Shown here piece by piece: positions 23,766-36,346 of a stretch of DNA of 64,000 nucleotides. The stretch comes from Raoultella sp. (GTDB taxonomy: Bacteria; Pseudomonadota; Gammaproteobacteria; Enterobacterales; Enterobacteriaceae). The stretch lies in assembly GCA_039594335.1 (NCBI GenBank), contig JBCNNS010000007.1; one strand, given 5' to 3'. The first letter of the stretch is position 1; each line of letters starts with the position of its first letter. A program made the translations under genes and the position numbers. The notes beneath the pieces are model-generated. The model saw nothing but the letters and a program-made list of their open reading frames with translations, was not told where the DNA came from and made no database searches.

Positions 23766-24266
23766 TCAATCTGCAAAATTTCGCCAGATTTCCTGAATAT
23801 CTTCCATCAGGTAGCCACGATACAGCAAAAACCGCTGGATTTTGACTTTATCGGCAAATGCCGTCGGGAGCGGTTCGCCATACTTACGCTGCGCCTGCTC
23901 TTTCACCAGCGCGGCCCAGTCAATATCACACTCACGCATCGCACTTTCACTGAGGTCGCGGGGAATCCCTTTCTGATTGAGCTCCTGGCGGATACGCGCC
24001 GGGCCATATCCTTTGCGGCTACGGCTGCCAATAAACTGGCGAACAAAGCGGCCATCGTCAAGGTAGCGGTTCTCAATGCACCAGGCGACAACGGTGTTTA
24101 CCTCTTCCGGCGTGACGTCCAGCGTCTCAGGGCCATTTTTTCCCGGTACCGGAGCAGCGAGTTTACGCCGCAGTTCCTGTTCGCTATGGTCGCGCATCGC
24201 CAGGATACGGATTGCGCGGTCCAGCAAACGAGCATAGCCAGAATGGCGGGATGAAGGTTCAGTCAC
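23766..24266 (-). CDS. recX: RecA inhibitor RecX
   Basis: …[26 protein letters not shown]… is colinear with the 166-aa E. coli RecX. The probable GTG start at 24266 (VTEPSS…) leaves the recA-recX hairpin intergenic. Confidence 0.85.
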   Translation of the reverse strand: MTEPSSRHSGYARLLDRAIRILAMRDHSEQELRRKLAAPVPGKNGPETLDVTPEEVNTVVAWCIENRYLDDGRFVRQFIGSRSRKGYGPARIRQELNQKGIPRDLSESAMRECDIDWAALVKEQAQRKYGEPLPTAFADKVKIQRFLLYRGYLMEDIQEIWRNFAD

Positions 24267-24291
24267 GGGCACCTCGACAATCAAAAAGCAA

Positions 24292-24313
24292 AAGGGCCGC
24301 ATCCGCAGCCCTT
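24292..24313 (-). terminator. recA-recX intercistronic hairpin
   Basis: On the minus strand: AAGGGC-TGCGGATGCG-GCCCTT followed by TTGCTTTTTG. Confidence 0.55.
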
Positions 24314-24334
24314 CGTCATGTTTTCACGAGATTA

Positions 24335-25479
<1,145 letters not shown>

Positions 25480-25483
<4 letters not shown>

Positions 25484-25977
25484 GTATTTTGTAGAAATTG
25501 TTGCCAGAGGAGATTGAGCGCGTAAGCCGTTGCCTGACGACGCACCGCCTCGCGGTCTCCGGCAAAACATTCACGTCGGGTAACGCCCTGCCCGTTCGCA
25601 CAGGCCACGCCAAACCACACTGTTCCGACCGGCTTTTCCGCACTACCGCCATCCGGGCCGGCGATACCGCTCACCGAAATGGCATAGGTGGCGCGCGCAG
25701 CGCGCAGCGCGCCAACGGCCATCTCAACCACCACAGGCTCGCTCACCGCGCCATGGCCGAGGAGCGTAACCTCGCTGACGCCGATCATCTGCGATTTGGC
25801 TTCATTGCTGTAGGTCACGAACCCGCGTTCAAACCATGCTGAACTGCCGGCGATGTCGGTGAGCACTTTCGCGACCCAACCGCCGGTACAGGACTCTGCC
25901 GTGGTCACCGTCGCACCGCGAGCTTTTAATGCCAGCCCGACCTGCTCACTCAGTTGCTTTAATTCAGAATCTGTCAT
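25480..25977 (-). CDS. pncC: NMN amidohydrolase PncC (CinA C-terminal domain)
   Basis: MTDSELKQLSEQVG…TTAESCTGGWVAK… is colinear with the 165-aa E. coli PncC/YgaD. Start trimmed to 25977. Confidence 0.9.
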
Positions 25978-26115
25978 TAGCGCCCCGTTTAAGCCAGATA
26001 AAGAGGCCATCAAAGATAGCACTTTCAGCACCGATATGGGGATGAGGTCATCAATTTACGAGGGGGCTTCCGAAAATGAGCGGCCCCGACGGCGTCGGGA
26101 CCGTTAACGCGCGCG

Positions 26116-26997
26116 TTACTTCATGCTGGCGGCGATCAGCTCGACGTTATGGCGTAACATTTTCACGTAGCTATCCGCCACGCCGCCCGGTTTCGAGAGC
26201 GCTTCCGGATAGAGCTCCCCACCTGGCTGCGCCCCCGTCGCTGCCGCAATTTGTTTCACCAGACGCGGATCGAGCTGGTTTTCCATAAACCAGGTGTGGA
26301 CGCCGTCGGCCTTAATTTGTTGAATCAGCGCCGCCACCTGCGCCGCGCTGGCTTCGCTTTCTGACGACAGCCCCTGTGGTGCCAGGAAGGTCACGCCATA
26401 GGCGCGGCCAAAGTAGCCAAACGCATCATGGCTGGTGAGCACTTTGCGTTTTGCCAGCGGAATTGCCGTAAACTGTTTTTTTGCCCAACCGTCGATCTCC
26501 GTCAGTTGGCCGATGTAGCGCTGCCCGGATGCCTCCAGCGCAGCCTTATCCTGCGGATCGGCTTTGATCAGGCCGTTGAGAATATTTTGCGCATAAATCG
26601 CGCCGTTAGCGGCGCTGTTCCACGCATGAGGGTCAGTAACCGTTTTCCCCTCCTCATTGAGCGTGTGCGTTTTTACCCCGGTAGAGGCCACCACCAGCTC
26701 ACCTTTAAAACCCGAAGCTTTGATTAATCTGTCGACCCAGCCTTCCAGTCCCAGACCATTAACCACCACCACATCGGCTTTGCTCAGCAAAGCGCTATCC
26801 TGCGGCGAAGGTTCAAAGGTATGCGGATCGCCGTCCGGTCCCACCAGCGTATCAACATGCACATGTTCGCCCCCCACCTGCTGCACCATATCGCCCAGCA
26901 CTGAAAAACTACTCACCACGTTGAGCGTTTTTGCCATCGCCCCCTGCGTTGCGAGGCCTAACGCCAGCGCCAGAATGACTGCGGTACGTTTCATCAT
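26116..26997 (-). CDS. Metal ABC transporter substrate-binding protein (TroA/ZnuA cluster A-I), probably zinc
   Basis: Signal peptide MMKRTAVILALALGLATQGAMA. Candidate ligand motifs DPHTFEP, DPHAW, SHDAFGYF and ENQLD give a His/His/His/Asp TroA-like set. There is no His-rich loop. Confidence 0.85.
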   Translation of the reverse strand: MMKRTAVILALALGLATQGAMAKTLNVVSSFSVLGDMVQQVGGEHVHVDTLVGPDGDPHTFEPSPQDSALLSKADVVVVNGLGLEGWVDRLIKASGFKGELVVASTGVKTHTLNEEGKTVTDPHAWNSAANGAIYAQNILNGLIKADPQDKAALEASGQRYIGQLTEIDGWAKKQFTAIPLAKRKVLTSHDAFGYFGRAYGVTFLAPQGLSSESEASAAQVAALIQQIKADGVHTWFMENQLDPRLVKQIAAATGAQPGGELYPEALSKPGGVADSYVKMLRHNVELIAASMK

Positions 26998-27003
26998 ATT
27001 TCC

Positions 27004-27867
27004 TTACCCCATTAATTTACGCCAGCTGACGACCAGTCGGCTGCGCGTGCCAAAAAACACCGAAATAAAAAAGATCCCGCTGGCGGTCAGTACGATGGAC
27101 GGCCCGGCCGGTAAATTCGCGGTCCACGACAGGCTTAACCCCATCCAGGCACAAAAGCCGCCCATCAGCGCCGCCAGCAGCAAGGTTCCGGGCAAGGTTC
27201 GCGCCCAGCAGCACGCCGCTACCGCCGGCAGCATCATCACGCCCACCGCCATCAGCGTCCCCAGCACCTGGAACCCGGCGACCAGATTGAGCACCAGCAG
27301 CGCCAGGAACAGACCGTGCAGCAGCGCCGGGAGCCGCGGGTGGTTCACCTGCAGCCAGGCGCTATCAAAGGCTTCGCTGACCAGTCCACGATAAAGCAGC
27401 GCGATGCAGAGCAGCGTCAGGCTGGCCACCCCGCTGACAAACAGCGCAGCGTCGTTATCCACCGCCAGAATCGAGCCAAACAGTAGATGCAGCAGATCAA
27501 CGCTGGAGCCGCGAAGCGACACCAGCGTCACTCCCAGTGCCAGTGACCCGAGGTAAAACCCGGCAAAACTGGCATCCTCTTTCAACGGCGTGCGTCGGCT
27601 GACCCAGCCCGCCACCAGCGCCACGGCAATTCCGGCGATAAACCCGCCGATAGTCATTGCCAGCAGCGACATGCCGCTCACCAGGTAGCCCACCGCCACG
27701 CCGGGTAAAATTGCATGCGACAGCGCGTCGCCCATCAGACTCATTCGTCGCAGCAGTAAGAAGACGCCAAGCATGGTCGTGCTCAGAGAGAGCGCGAGGC
27801 ACACCAGCAGCGCGCGGCGCATAAAGCCGAATTCAATGAAGGGCTGAAAAAAGGTATGCCAGATCAT
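27004..27867 (-). CDS. Metal ABC transporter permease (ZnuB/TroCD family)
   Basis: 287 aa polytopic protein of the ABC-3 family, overlapping the upstream ATPase gene by 4 nt. Confidence 0.85.
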   Translation of the reverse strand: MIWHTFFQPFIEFGFMRRALLVCLALSLSTTMLGVFLLLRRMSLMGDALSHAILPGVAVGYLVSGMSLLAMTIGGFIAGIAVALVAGWVSRRTPLKEDASFAGFYLGSLALGVTLVSLRGSSVDLLHLLFGSILAVDNDAALFVSGVASLTLLCIALLYRGLVSEAFDSAWLQVNHPRLPALLHGLFLALLVLNLVAGFQVLGTLMAVGVMMLPAVAACCWARTLPGTLLLAALMGGFCAWMGLSLSWTANLPAGPSIVLTASGIFFISVFFGTRSRLVVSWRKLMG

Positions 27868-28541
27868 GCCAGCCTCGCAGAGCCGAAGGCGGGCAGCACA
27901 TCGTCGGTGTTACCCCAGCGAGCGCGCTGCGGTTCCAGCAGCAGCGTTTCCGGGAAATATTCAGCGACGCGCTGGTTATCATGCAGCACCGCCAGTACCG
28001 TCTGCCCCTGTTGATGCATCTCAAGGATCAGCCCCATCAGCTCGCGGCTGGTTGCTTCATCAATCCCGGTAAAGGGTTCATCCAGCATAACCAGCGGCGC
28101 CTGCTGCACGATAACTCTGGCGAACAGCATGCGCTGGAACTGCCCGCCGGAGAGCGCCTCAATCGGCGTTTTCGCCATTGATGTCAGCCCCACGCGCTCC
28201 AGCGCGGCGCCGATACGCCGCCGGAACTCGCTGCGGATCCCCCCCAGTAAAGAGACATGCGGCCAGGCCCCCTGACTCACCACGTCCTGTACCGTCAGCG
28301 GAAACTGCGATTCGAGGGCATGGCGCTGCGCCAGCCAGCCAATTACCGGACGCGAAACCGTCCAGCGCAGCCTGCCGCTGACCGGAGGAATAAAGCCGGC
28401 CAGCGTTTTCAACAGCGTTGATTTACCGCAGCCGTTCAGGCCGACAATGGCCGTCATGCTGCCTGCCGCAATAACGCCGCTCAGGGCCGGCGTAATAGCC
28501 AGTTCTTCGTAACCGGCTACCAGATGATCCAGTTCAATCAT
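27864..28541 (-). CDS. Metal ABC transporter ATP-binding protein (ZnuC-like)
   Basis: MIELDHLVAGYEE…, Walker A GLNGCGKST, signature LSGGQFQR, Walker B LVMLDEP. ATG at 28541 is preferred over the upstream GTG at 28574. Confidence 0.85.
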   Translation of the reverse strand: MIELDHLVAGYEELAITPALSGVIAAGSMTAIVGLNGCGKSTLLKTLAGFIPPVSGRLRWTVSRPVIGWLAQRHALESQFPLTVQDVVSQGAWPHVSLLGGIRSEFRRRIGAALERVGLTSMAKTPIEALSGGQFQRMLFARVIVQQAPLVMLDEPFTGIDEATSRELMGLILEMHQQGQTVLAVLHDNQRVAEYFPETLLLEPQRARWGNTDDVLPAFGSARLA

Positions 28542-28657
28542 GGCAGGGTTACCGCCCACCAGGTCGCCAGCCACAGGAGCGCCAGCAACACACAGGCAAT
28601 TCCTACGCGTACCGCTGCGGATGTCATAAAAAGAGAAGTCACAGCCTTATCCAATTA

Positions 28658-28680
28658 ACATGTTATAACGTAACAATATT
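28658..28680. promoter_or_regulatory. Zur-box-like palindrome upstream of the metal ABC operon
   Basis: The core TGTTATAACGTAACA (28661-28675) matches 13/15 of the Zur core TGTTATAnTATAACA. Confidence 0.45.
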
Positions 28681-28775
28681 GGATTGACGGAAAAATGTAA
28701 ATCAGCGTCAACGGCGGGAAATGCTGCAAAATGTAACAGAACTCCCCTCATGTCGAGGGGAGTATCGGGAAAGGG

Positions 28776-29849
28776 TTACTGTCCGCGGGCCTGAGAAACG
28801 GCCAGACCCAGTTGCCAGACGGCCATCGCGTAGTGGGTACTGTGGTTATAGCGGGTAATGGTGTAGAAGTTTGGCAGACCATACCAGTACTGGTAGCCGG
28901 TACCGATATCCAGACGCAACAGGCTGGCCTGCTGATGGTTTCCCAGCGGTTGCGTCGGCGTCAAACCAGCCGCCGTAAGTTGCGAAATGCTGTAGTGAGT
29001 TTTGAAGCCATTCTCCAGACCCGGCGCCTGACCCAGCGCCTGCACCGCAACCTGATCGCCACTCACCCAGCCGTGCTGTTTGAAATAGTTCGCCACGCTG
29101 CCAATCGCGTCCACCGGATCCCACAGATTAATGTGCCCGTCGCCGTTAAAGTCCACCGCATACTGTTTATAAGAAGACGGCATAAACTGACCGTAACCCA
29201 TTGCTCCGGCGAAAGATCCTTTCAGGTTTAACGGGTCATCTTGCTCGCTGCGCGCCATCAGCAGGAAGGTTTCCAGCTCACCGGAGAAATAGTCGGCGCG
29301 ACGCGGGTAGCTAAACGACAGCGTCGCCAGGGCGTCGAGAATGCGGGTTTTGCCCATCACGCGACCCCAGCGGGTTTCTACGCCAATAATGCCGACAATA
29401 ATTTCCGGCGGCACGCCGTACACCTGCCAGGCGCGGTTCAGCGCATCCTGATACTGGTTCCAGAATACGACGCCGTTCTGCACGTTATCCGGAGTAATAA
29501 ACTGTTTTTTGTAACGCAGCCAGGCGCCGTTAGGCCCTGACGGCGGCAGTCCGCTCGGCGCCTGGCGGTCCATCAGGCGCAGGACGTAATCCAGGCGTTT
29601 CGCCTGGGAAAGGATCTCATGCAGCTGCTGTCTGTCGAAGCCATGCTTGCTCACCATTTTATCGATGAACTGCTCCGCCGCCGGGTTGTTAGCGAAATCG
29701 CCGCCCATCTCCATCACATTATGCTGTGGCTCCAGCAAAAAACCGCCGCCTCCCGCCGTCTGGGTTTCTGCACTGGTTTTAGGTTTGCTGCTACAGGCAG
29801 CGAGGAGAACACACAGGGGAAGTAAAGCCAGATAGCGACGCTTCAACAT
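28776..29849 (-). CDS. mltB: Membrane-bound lytic murein transglycosylase B
   Basis: MLKRRYLALLPLCVLLAACSSKP lipobox N-terminus as in E. coli MltB. Start trimmed from 29954 to 29849. Confidence 0.92.
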   Translation of the reverse strand: MLKRRYLALLPLCVLLAACSSKPKTSAETQTAGGGGFLLEPQHNVMEMGGDFANNPAAEQFIDKMVSKHGFDRQQLHEILSQAKRLDYVLRLMDRQAPSGLPPSGPNGAWLRYKKQFITPDNVQNGVVFWNQYQDALNRAWQVYGVPPEIIVGIIGVETRWGRVMGKTRILDALATLSFSYPRRADYFSGELETFLLMARSEQDDPLNLKGSFAGAMGYGQFMPSSYKQYAVDFNGDGHINLWDPVDAIGSVANYFKQHGWVSGDQVAVQALGQAPGLENGFKTHYSISQLTAAGLTPTQPLGNHQQASLLRLDIGTGYQYWYGLPNFYTITRYNHSTHYAMAVWQLGLAVSQARGQ

Positions 29850-30056
29850 GGGACATCCGTTTAACAAATTTGGCAAAGGATAATTATGGTAAAGCATGCG
29901 GCCGTCAACAAGGAAGCAGCAATGTATTGACGGACAAAATAGTCCCGCCAGCACCGCCCTTTCCGGTTCATTATCTACCCGTTCATCTCCCCTTTGCCTC
30001 GGTTAGCATTCCCCTTCATCACGCACAAACTTTCAAAATAAAATATTTACCTTTCA

Positions 30057-30078
30057 TTTTGCGATCAATTTAACACTT
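30057..30078 (+). promoter_or_regulatory. CRP site of the srl (gut) operon promoter
   Basis: TTTTGCGATCAATTTAACACTT (TGCGA-N6-TAACA) lies ~70 bp upstream of srlA and resembles the E. coli gut CRP site. Confidence 0.5.
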
Positions 30079-30100
30079 TTAAACCTTTCAAAGTGATTAA

Positions 30101-31686
<1,586 letters not shown>

Positions 31687-31699
31687 GAGGTTCCTGAAG

Positions 31700-32062
31700 A
31701 TGACCGTGATTTACCAGACCACGATTACGCGCATCGGCGCCAGCGCGACGATGGCGCTCGAAGAACAGATGTTGATTACCTTTCGCGAAGGCGCGCCGGC
31801 GGACATTGAAGAGTATTGCTTTATTCATAACCACGGCGAATTTTCCGGCGCGCTGGCGCCGGGCGCGGAGCTCCAGCTTGGCGAACAACGCTTTCCGGTG
31901 ACCGCCGTCGGCGATGTTGCCGAGCAAAATCTGCGCGAGCTGGGCCATATCACGCTGCGCTTTGATGGCCATAGCGAAGCGGAGTTTCCGGGGACGGTCC
32001 ACGTGTCTGGCCCCGTGCCGGACGCGATCGCCCCCGGCTGTATATTGAAATTTGTTGCATGA
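31700..32062 (+). CDS. srlB: PTS glucitol/sorbitol EIIA component
   Basis: MTVIYQTTITRIG… as in E. coli SrlB. Start trimmed to 31700. Confidence 0.93.
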   Translation: MTVIYQTTITRIGASATMALEEQMLITFREGAPADIEEYCFIHNHGEFSGALAPGAELQLGEQRFPVTAVGDVAEQNLRELGHITLRFDGHSEAEFPGTVHVSGPVPDAIAPGCILKFVA

Positions 32063-32079
32063 GTTGTCAGGAGAAGACT

Positions 32080-32859
32080 ATGAATCAGGTTGCTGTTGTC
32101 ATCGGCGGTGGACAAACCTTAGGCGAGTTTCTGAGCCGGGGCCTTGCCGCACAGGGGTATCGGGTTGCCGTTGTGGATATCCAAAGCGATAAAGCCACGC
32201 GCGTCGCGCAGGCTATCAACGACGAATATGGAGAAGGAACGGCGTACGGTTTTGGCGCCGATGCCACCAGCGAGGCCAGCGTGATGGCCCTCGCCCGCGG
32301 CGTGGACGAAATATTCGCGCGGGTGGATCTGTTGGTGTACAGCGCCGGGATCGCCAAAGCGGCCTTTATCAGCGATTTCGCGCTCGGTGATTTTGACCGT
32401 TCGCTGCAGGTGAATCTGGTGGGCTACTTCCTCTGCGCTCGCGAATTTTCACGGCTGATGATTCGCGATGGGATCAAGGGGCGTATTATTCAGATCAATT
32501 CCAAATCCGGCAAAGTCGGCAGCAAGCACAATTCCGGCTATAGCGCAGCGAAGTTTGGCGGCGTCGGGCTGACCCAGTCGCTGGCGTTGGATCTGGCGGA
32601 ATACGGCATTACCGTTCACGCATTGATGCTGGGCAACCTGTTGAAATCGCCGATGTTCCAGTCACTGCTGCCGCAATATGCCAGCAAGCTGGGCATTGCC
32701 GAGGACGAAGTCGAGCAGTATTACATCGACAAGGTGCCGCTGAAACGCGGCTGCGACTATCAGGATGTCCTCAACGTACTGATGTTTTACGCCAGCCCGC
32801 AGGCCTCTTACTGCACCGGGCAATCCATCAACGTCACCGGCGGGCAGGTGATGTTTTAA
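32080..32859 (+). CDS. srlD: Sorbitol-6-phosphate 2-dehydrogenase (SDR)
   Basis: MNQVAVVIGGGQTLG… is colinear with the 259-aa E. coli SrlD. AGGAG RBS before 32080. Confidence 0.96.
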   Translation: MNQVAVVIGGGQTLGEFLSRGLAAQGYRVAVVDIQSDKATRVAQAINDEYGEGTAYGFGADATSEASVMALARGVDEIFARVDLLVYSAGIAKAAFISDFALGDFDRSLQVNLVGYFLCAREFSRLMIRDGIKGRIIQINSKSGKVGSKHNSGYSAAKFGGVGLTQSLALDLAEYGITVHALMLGNLLKSPMFQSLLPQYASKLGIAEDEVEQYYIDKVPLKRGCDYQDVLNVLMFYASPQASYCTGQSINVTGGQVMF

Positions 32860-32923
32860 CCGCCGGTTCCCGGGTCGCGTCGCGATCCGGGTTCTTCCCG
32901 ACGCCACGCCTTAAGGAGATTTT

Positions 32924-33283
32924 ATGGTTAGCGCATTAATCACCGTCGCCGCCATCGCCTGGATCGCCCAGCTCGCCTTCGGCGGCTGGCAGATCCGCCG
33001 CTTTAACCGCGAGTTCGATAAACTCTGTCAGCAGGGCCGCGTCGGCGTCGGGCGTTCATCGGGCCGCTTCAAACCGCGCGCGATCGTGGCCATCGCCTTT
33101 GACGGCCACGATCGCGTCAGCGATACGCTGCTGATGAGAGGAGTGACCGTCTTCGCTCGCCCACGAAAAATCCCCGCGATAAACGGGCAATATCGTGAGC
33201 AATTGCGGCCAGACATGATCTTTCCCCAGGATCCGCTCAGTCAGAATGCACTATCATTAGCGCTTAAACCGAAACATGTATAA
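32924..33283 (+). CDS. gutM: Glucitol operon activator
   Basis: 119 aa, MVSALITVAAIAWIAQLAFGGWQIRRFNR… colinear with E. coli GutM. Confidence 0.93.
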   Translation: MVSALITVAAIAWIAQLAFGGWQIRRFNREFDKLCQQGRVGVGRSSGRFKPRAIVAIAFDGHDRVSDTLLMRGVTVFARPRKIPAINGQYREQLRPDMIFPQDPLSQNALSLALKPKHV

Positions 33284-33354
33284 TTTCGTTGTAAAAGTAA
33301 ATATCTTGCGAAATTATCACTTCGAAACTTAACGCAGGATAGGATACTACCGCT

Positions 33355-34128
33355 ATGAAACCACGTCAGCGCCAGGCAGCTATTGTTGAGCACCTGCAAG
33401 CACAGGGTAAATGCTCGGTTGAAGAGCTGGCGCAGCACTTCGACACCACCGGCACCACCATCCGCAAGGATCTGGTGATCCTCGAAAATGCCGGCACCGT
33501 TATTCGCACCTACGGCGGCGTGGTCCTCAACAAAGATGAGCCTGACCCGCCCATCGATCATAAGACGCTCATTAACACCCATAAAAAAGTGCTGATCGCC
33601 GAAACGGCGGTGCGCTACATCCACGATGGCGATTCGATCATCCTCGATGCTGGCAGCACGGTGCTGCAAATGGTGCCGCTGCTCAGCCGCTTCAATAACA
33701 TCACGGTCATGACCAATAGCCTGCATATCGTCAACGCGCTCTCCGAACTGGATAATGAACAAACGCTCCTGATGCCCGGCGGCACCTTCCGTAAAAAATC
33801 GGCCTCCTTCCACGGACAACTGGCGGAAAATGCCTTCGAGCAGTTCAGCTTCGACAAACTGTTTATGGGCACCGACGGCATCGACCTGAACGCCGGCGTG
33901 ACGACCTTCAATGAGGTCTTCACCGTCAGTAAAGCGATGTGCAATGCCGCCAGAGAAGTGATCCTGATGGCCGACTCATCAAAATTTGGCCGTAAGAGCC
34001 CGAACATCGTCTGCAGCCTCGAGCGCGTGGATAAGCTGATTACCGATGCTGGTATTGACCCGACGTTCCAGCGGGCGCTGGAAGAACAAGGTATCGAAGT
34101 GATTATTACTGGAGAAGAACATGAGTAA
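33355..34128 (+). CDS. srlR: DeoR-family glucitol operon repressor
   Basis: 257 aa with an N-terminal HTH and a DeoR C-terminal sensor domain, in synteny. Confidence 0.93.
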   Translation: MKPRQRQAAIVEHLQAQGKCSVEELAQHFDTTGTTIRKDLVILENAGTVIRTYGGVVLNKDEPDPPIDHKTLINTHKKVLIAETAVRYIHDGDSIILDAGSTVLQMVPLLSRFNNITVMTNSLHIVNALSELDNEQTLLMPGGTFRKKSASFHGQLAENAFEQFSFDKLFMGTDGIDLNAGVTTFNEVFTVSKAMCNAAREVILMADSSKFGRKSPNIVCSLERVDKLITDAGIDPTFQRALEEQGIEVIITGEEHE

Positions 34129-35086
34129 CTTTCTGTTAGAAGTCGGACGCCAGACCCTGATGCTGGAGCTACAGGAGGCCAGCCGCTTGCCTGAACGCCT
34201 GGGCGACGACTTCATCCGCGCGGCGGAAACCATCCTCCGCTGTGAAGGGAAACTGGTGGTCTCCGGTATCGGTAAATCAGGCCATATCGGCAAAAAACTG
34301 GCGGCCACTTTTGCCAGTACCGGCACCCCGGCCTTTTTCGTCCATCCGGCGGAGGCGCTGCACGGCGACCTCGGGATGCTTGATGGTCGCGACGTGATGC
34401 TGTTTATCTCCTACTCCGGCAGCGCCAAAGAACTGGATCTCATCGTTCCACGTCTGGAAGAAAAAGGGATCCCGCTGCTGGCGATGACCGGAAAATCACA
34501 ATCTCCGCTGGCGCTGGCGGCAAAAGCGGTGCTGGATATCGCCGTCGAACGCGAAGCCTGCCCGATGCATCTGGCCCCCACCTCCAGCACCGTCAACACC
34601 CTGATGCTCGGCGACGCGCTGGCAATGGCAGTGATGCAGGCCCGCGGTTTCAATGAAGAAGATTTCGCCCGTTCACACCCCGCTGGCGCCCTCGGCGCGC
34701 GACTGCTGAACAAGGTTCATCACCTGATGCGCCGCGACGACGATGTCCCGCGCGTCGACCTTGATACCCGCGTGATGGACGCAATGTTGGAGTTAAGTCG
34801 TACCGGGCTGGGTCTGGTCGCGGTCTGCGATACGCAAAACCGCGTGCAGGGCGTCTTCACCGATGGCGACCTGCGCCGCTGGCTGGTCGGCGGCGGGACG
34901 CTAAACGATGCCGTTGCCCGGGCGATGACCCGTAACGGCGTCACCCTGCAGGCGGAAAGCCGAGCGGTAGAAGCCAAAGAGCGGCTGATGAAGCACAAAA
35001 TCAGCGCTGCCCCGGTGGTCGACGAAAACGGCCTTCTGGTTGGAGCGATTAACCTGCAGAACTTCTATCAGTCCGGGATTCTTTAG
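34121..35086 (+). CDS. gutQ: D-arabinose 5-phosphate isomerase (SIS + CBS)
   Basis: 321 aa with the [14 protein letters not shown] motif, in synteny. Confidence 0.94.
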   Translation: MSNFLLEVGRQTLMLELQEASRLPERLGDDFIRAAETILRCEGKLVVSGIGKSGHIGKKLAATFASTGTPAFFVHPAEALHGDLGMLDGRDVMLFISYSGSAKELDLIVPRLEEKGIPLLAMTGKSQSPLALAAKAVLDIAVEREACPMHLAPTSSTVNTLMLGDALAMAVMQARGFNEEDFARSHPAGALGARLLNKVHHLMRRDDDVPRVDLDTRVMDAMLELSRTGLGLVAVCDTQNRVQGVFTDGDLRRWLVGGGTLNDAVARAMTRNGVTLQAESRAVEAKERLMKHKISAAPVVDENGLLVGAINLQNFYQSGIL

Positions 35087-35090
35087 GCCG

Positions 35091-35225
35091 CAGACGCTTC
35101 GCCAGCCGATTTTACTGAGCGCGATGTGCCTCGTGAAAAACCTGCTGGCGCAGGCGAGCGAACTAACGCTGCCGCCGATGCTGGTGAAGGTCAAAACGCC
35201 GGATCTGCCGCTGCATCTGGCAGGC
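35091..35225 (+). pseudogene. norW: Internal fragment (~45 codons) of norW (NADH:flavorubredoxin reductase)
   Basis: The translation [41 protein letters not shown] aligns with the recalled E. coli NorW [41 protein letters not shown]. There is no start codon. It abuts the gutQ stop on one side and a REP on the other. Confidence 0.6.
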
Positions 35226-35230
35226 ATTAT

Positions 35231-35325
35231 TCCCGGGGCGCGGCGTAAACACCTTACCCGGGCGACAGACTCACCTGACGCCACCGCGCAGGTAGCCCGG
35301 CTAAGCGCAGCGCGAGCCGGGGAAT
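35231..35325. repeat. REP/BIME-type palindromic elements
   Basis: CCCGGGGCGCGGCGTAAACACCTTACCCGGGC and GTAGCCCGGCTAAGCGCAGCGCGAGCCGGGGAAT. The same family recurs at ~43448-43660, 55387-55504 and 61795-61859. Confidence 0.65.
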
Positions 35326-35332
35326 CCTCAAC

Positions 35333-36346
35333 CTACCGCGCCAGATTATCGTACCCGCGCCAGCGGTAATTGAGCACCGACAGCACCCAGCAGGCGACAA
35401 ACAACCCGATAACCACAAAACCGGCGTCGCCGAGATTATCGTTCACCACGCCGACCCAGCGCCATAGCCCGCCGCTAAGCGAAAACTTGTCCATCAGCAG
35501 CCCCAGCGCTTCCAGACCACCGATAAATAACGCCACCACCACCGACGTGCCGGTAATGGTCATATTGTAATAGAGCTTGCGCTGCGGCTTGCTAAACGCC
35601 CAGCCGTAAGCGCCGACCATCAGCACATTATCGAGGGTATCCACCAGCGCCATCCCGCTGGCAAACAGCGCCGGAAAGACCATGATCGACCAGATGGACA
35701 TTCCGCTTGACGCGCTGGCGGCAGAAATCCCCAGCACGCCGATTTCGGTGGCGGTATCAAATCCGAGGCCAAACAGAAAGCCCACCAGATACATCTGCCA
35801 GCTACGGCTAATCAGACGAAAGGTTTTGCCGAACAGCCAGCTCATCATGCCACCGCCGGTCGCTACATCATCGCTCACCTTGCCGCCTCTCTTCCAGGTG
35901 CGAAAGCTGCGCCAGACGCCGCGTAAAATCACCAGATTGATAAACGCCATTAGCAATAAAAACAGCGCCGATACCGCCGTGCCAATCACGCTACCGGTAT
36001 TGTGAAGCCAGCTCATCTGCTGGCCGAAAGCGGTGGCGGTCGCGGCAATCGCCGCCGAAGCCAGCACCACAATCGACGAGTGGCCAAATGAGAACCAGGC
36101 TCCGACGGCAAAAGGCCGACGCCCCTGCTGCATCATTTTGCGGGTAACGCTGTCGATCGCCGCGATATGGTCGGCATCGACCGCATGGCGCAATCCGTAC
36201 CCCCAGGCCAGCAGGCTCGCCGCCATCAGCGCGCCGCTATCGCCAAACGCCTGCCAGGCCCAACCCCAGGCGAGCAGATTTGCCAGGATCAGTCCCAGCA
36301 CCAGCGCAGCGGCACGCGGCTGCTGGCGTAAAATTGTCACTATCAT
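35333..36346 (-). CDS. High-affinity nickel/cobalt transporter, HoxN/HupN/NixA (NiCoT) family
   Basis: 337 aa with NiCoT signatures [31 protein letters not shown] and [16 protein letters not shown]. The ATG at 36346 overlaps the hypF TGA (ATGA). Confidence 0.9.
   Translation of the reverse strand: MIVTILRQQPRAAALVLGLILANLLAWGWAWQAFGDSGALMAASLLAWGYGLRHAVDADHIAAIDSVTRKMMQQGRRPFAVGAWFSFGHSSIVVLASAAIAATATAFGQQMSWLHNTGSVIGTAVSALFLLLMAFINLVILRGVWRSFRTWKRGGKVSDDVATGGGMMSWLFGKTFRLISRSWQMYLVGFLFGLGFDTATEIGVLGISAASASSGMSIWSIMVFPALFASGMALVDTLDNVLMVGAYGWAFSKPQRKLYYNMTITGTSVVVALFIGGLEALGLLMDKFSLSGGLWRWVGVVNDNLGDAGFVVIGLFVACWVLSVLNYRWRGYDNLAR

Noticed and set aside
35040-35369. 109-aa plus-strand ORF after gutQ
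   Set aside because: It is a chimeric read-through of the gutQ 3' end in another frame, the norW fragment and REP elements. It has no RBS and is reinterpreted as a deletion scar.
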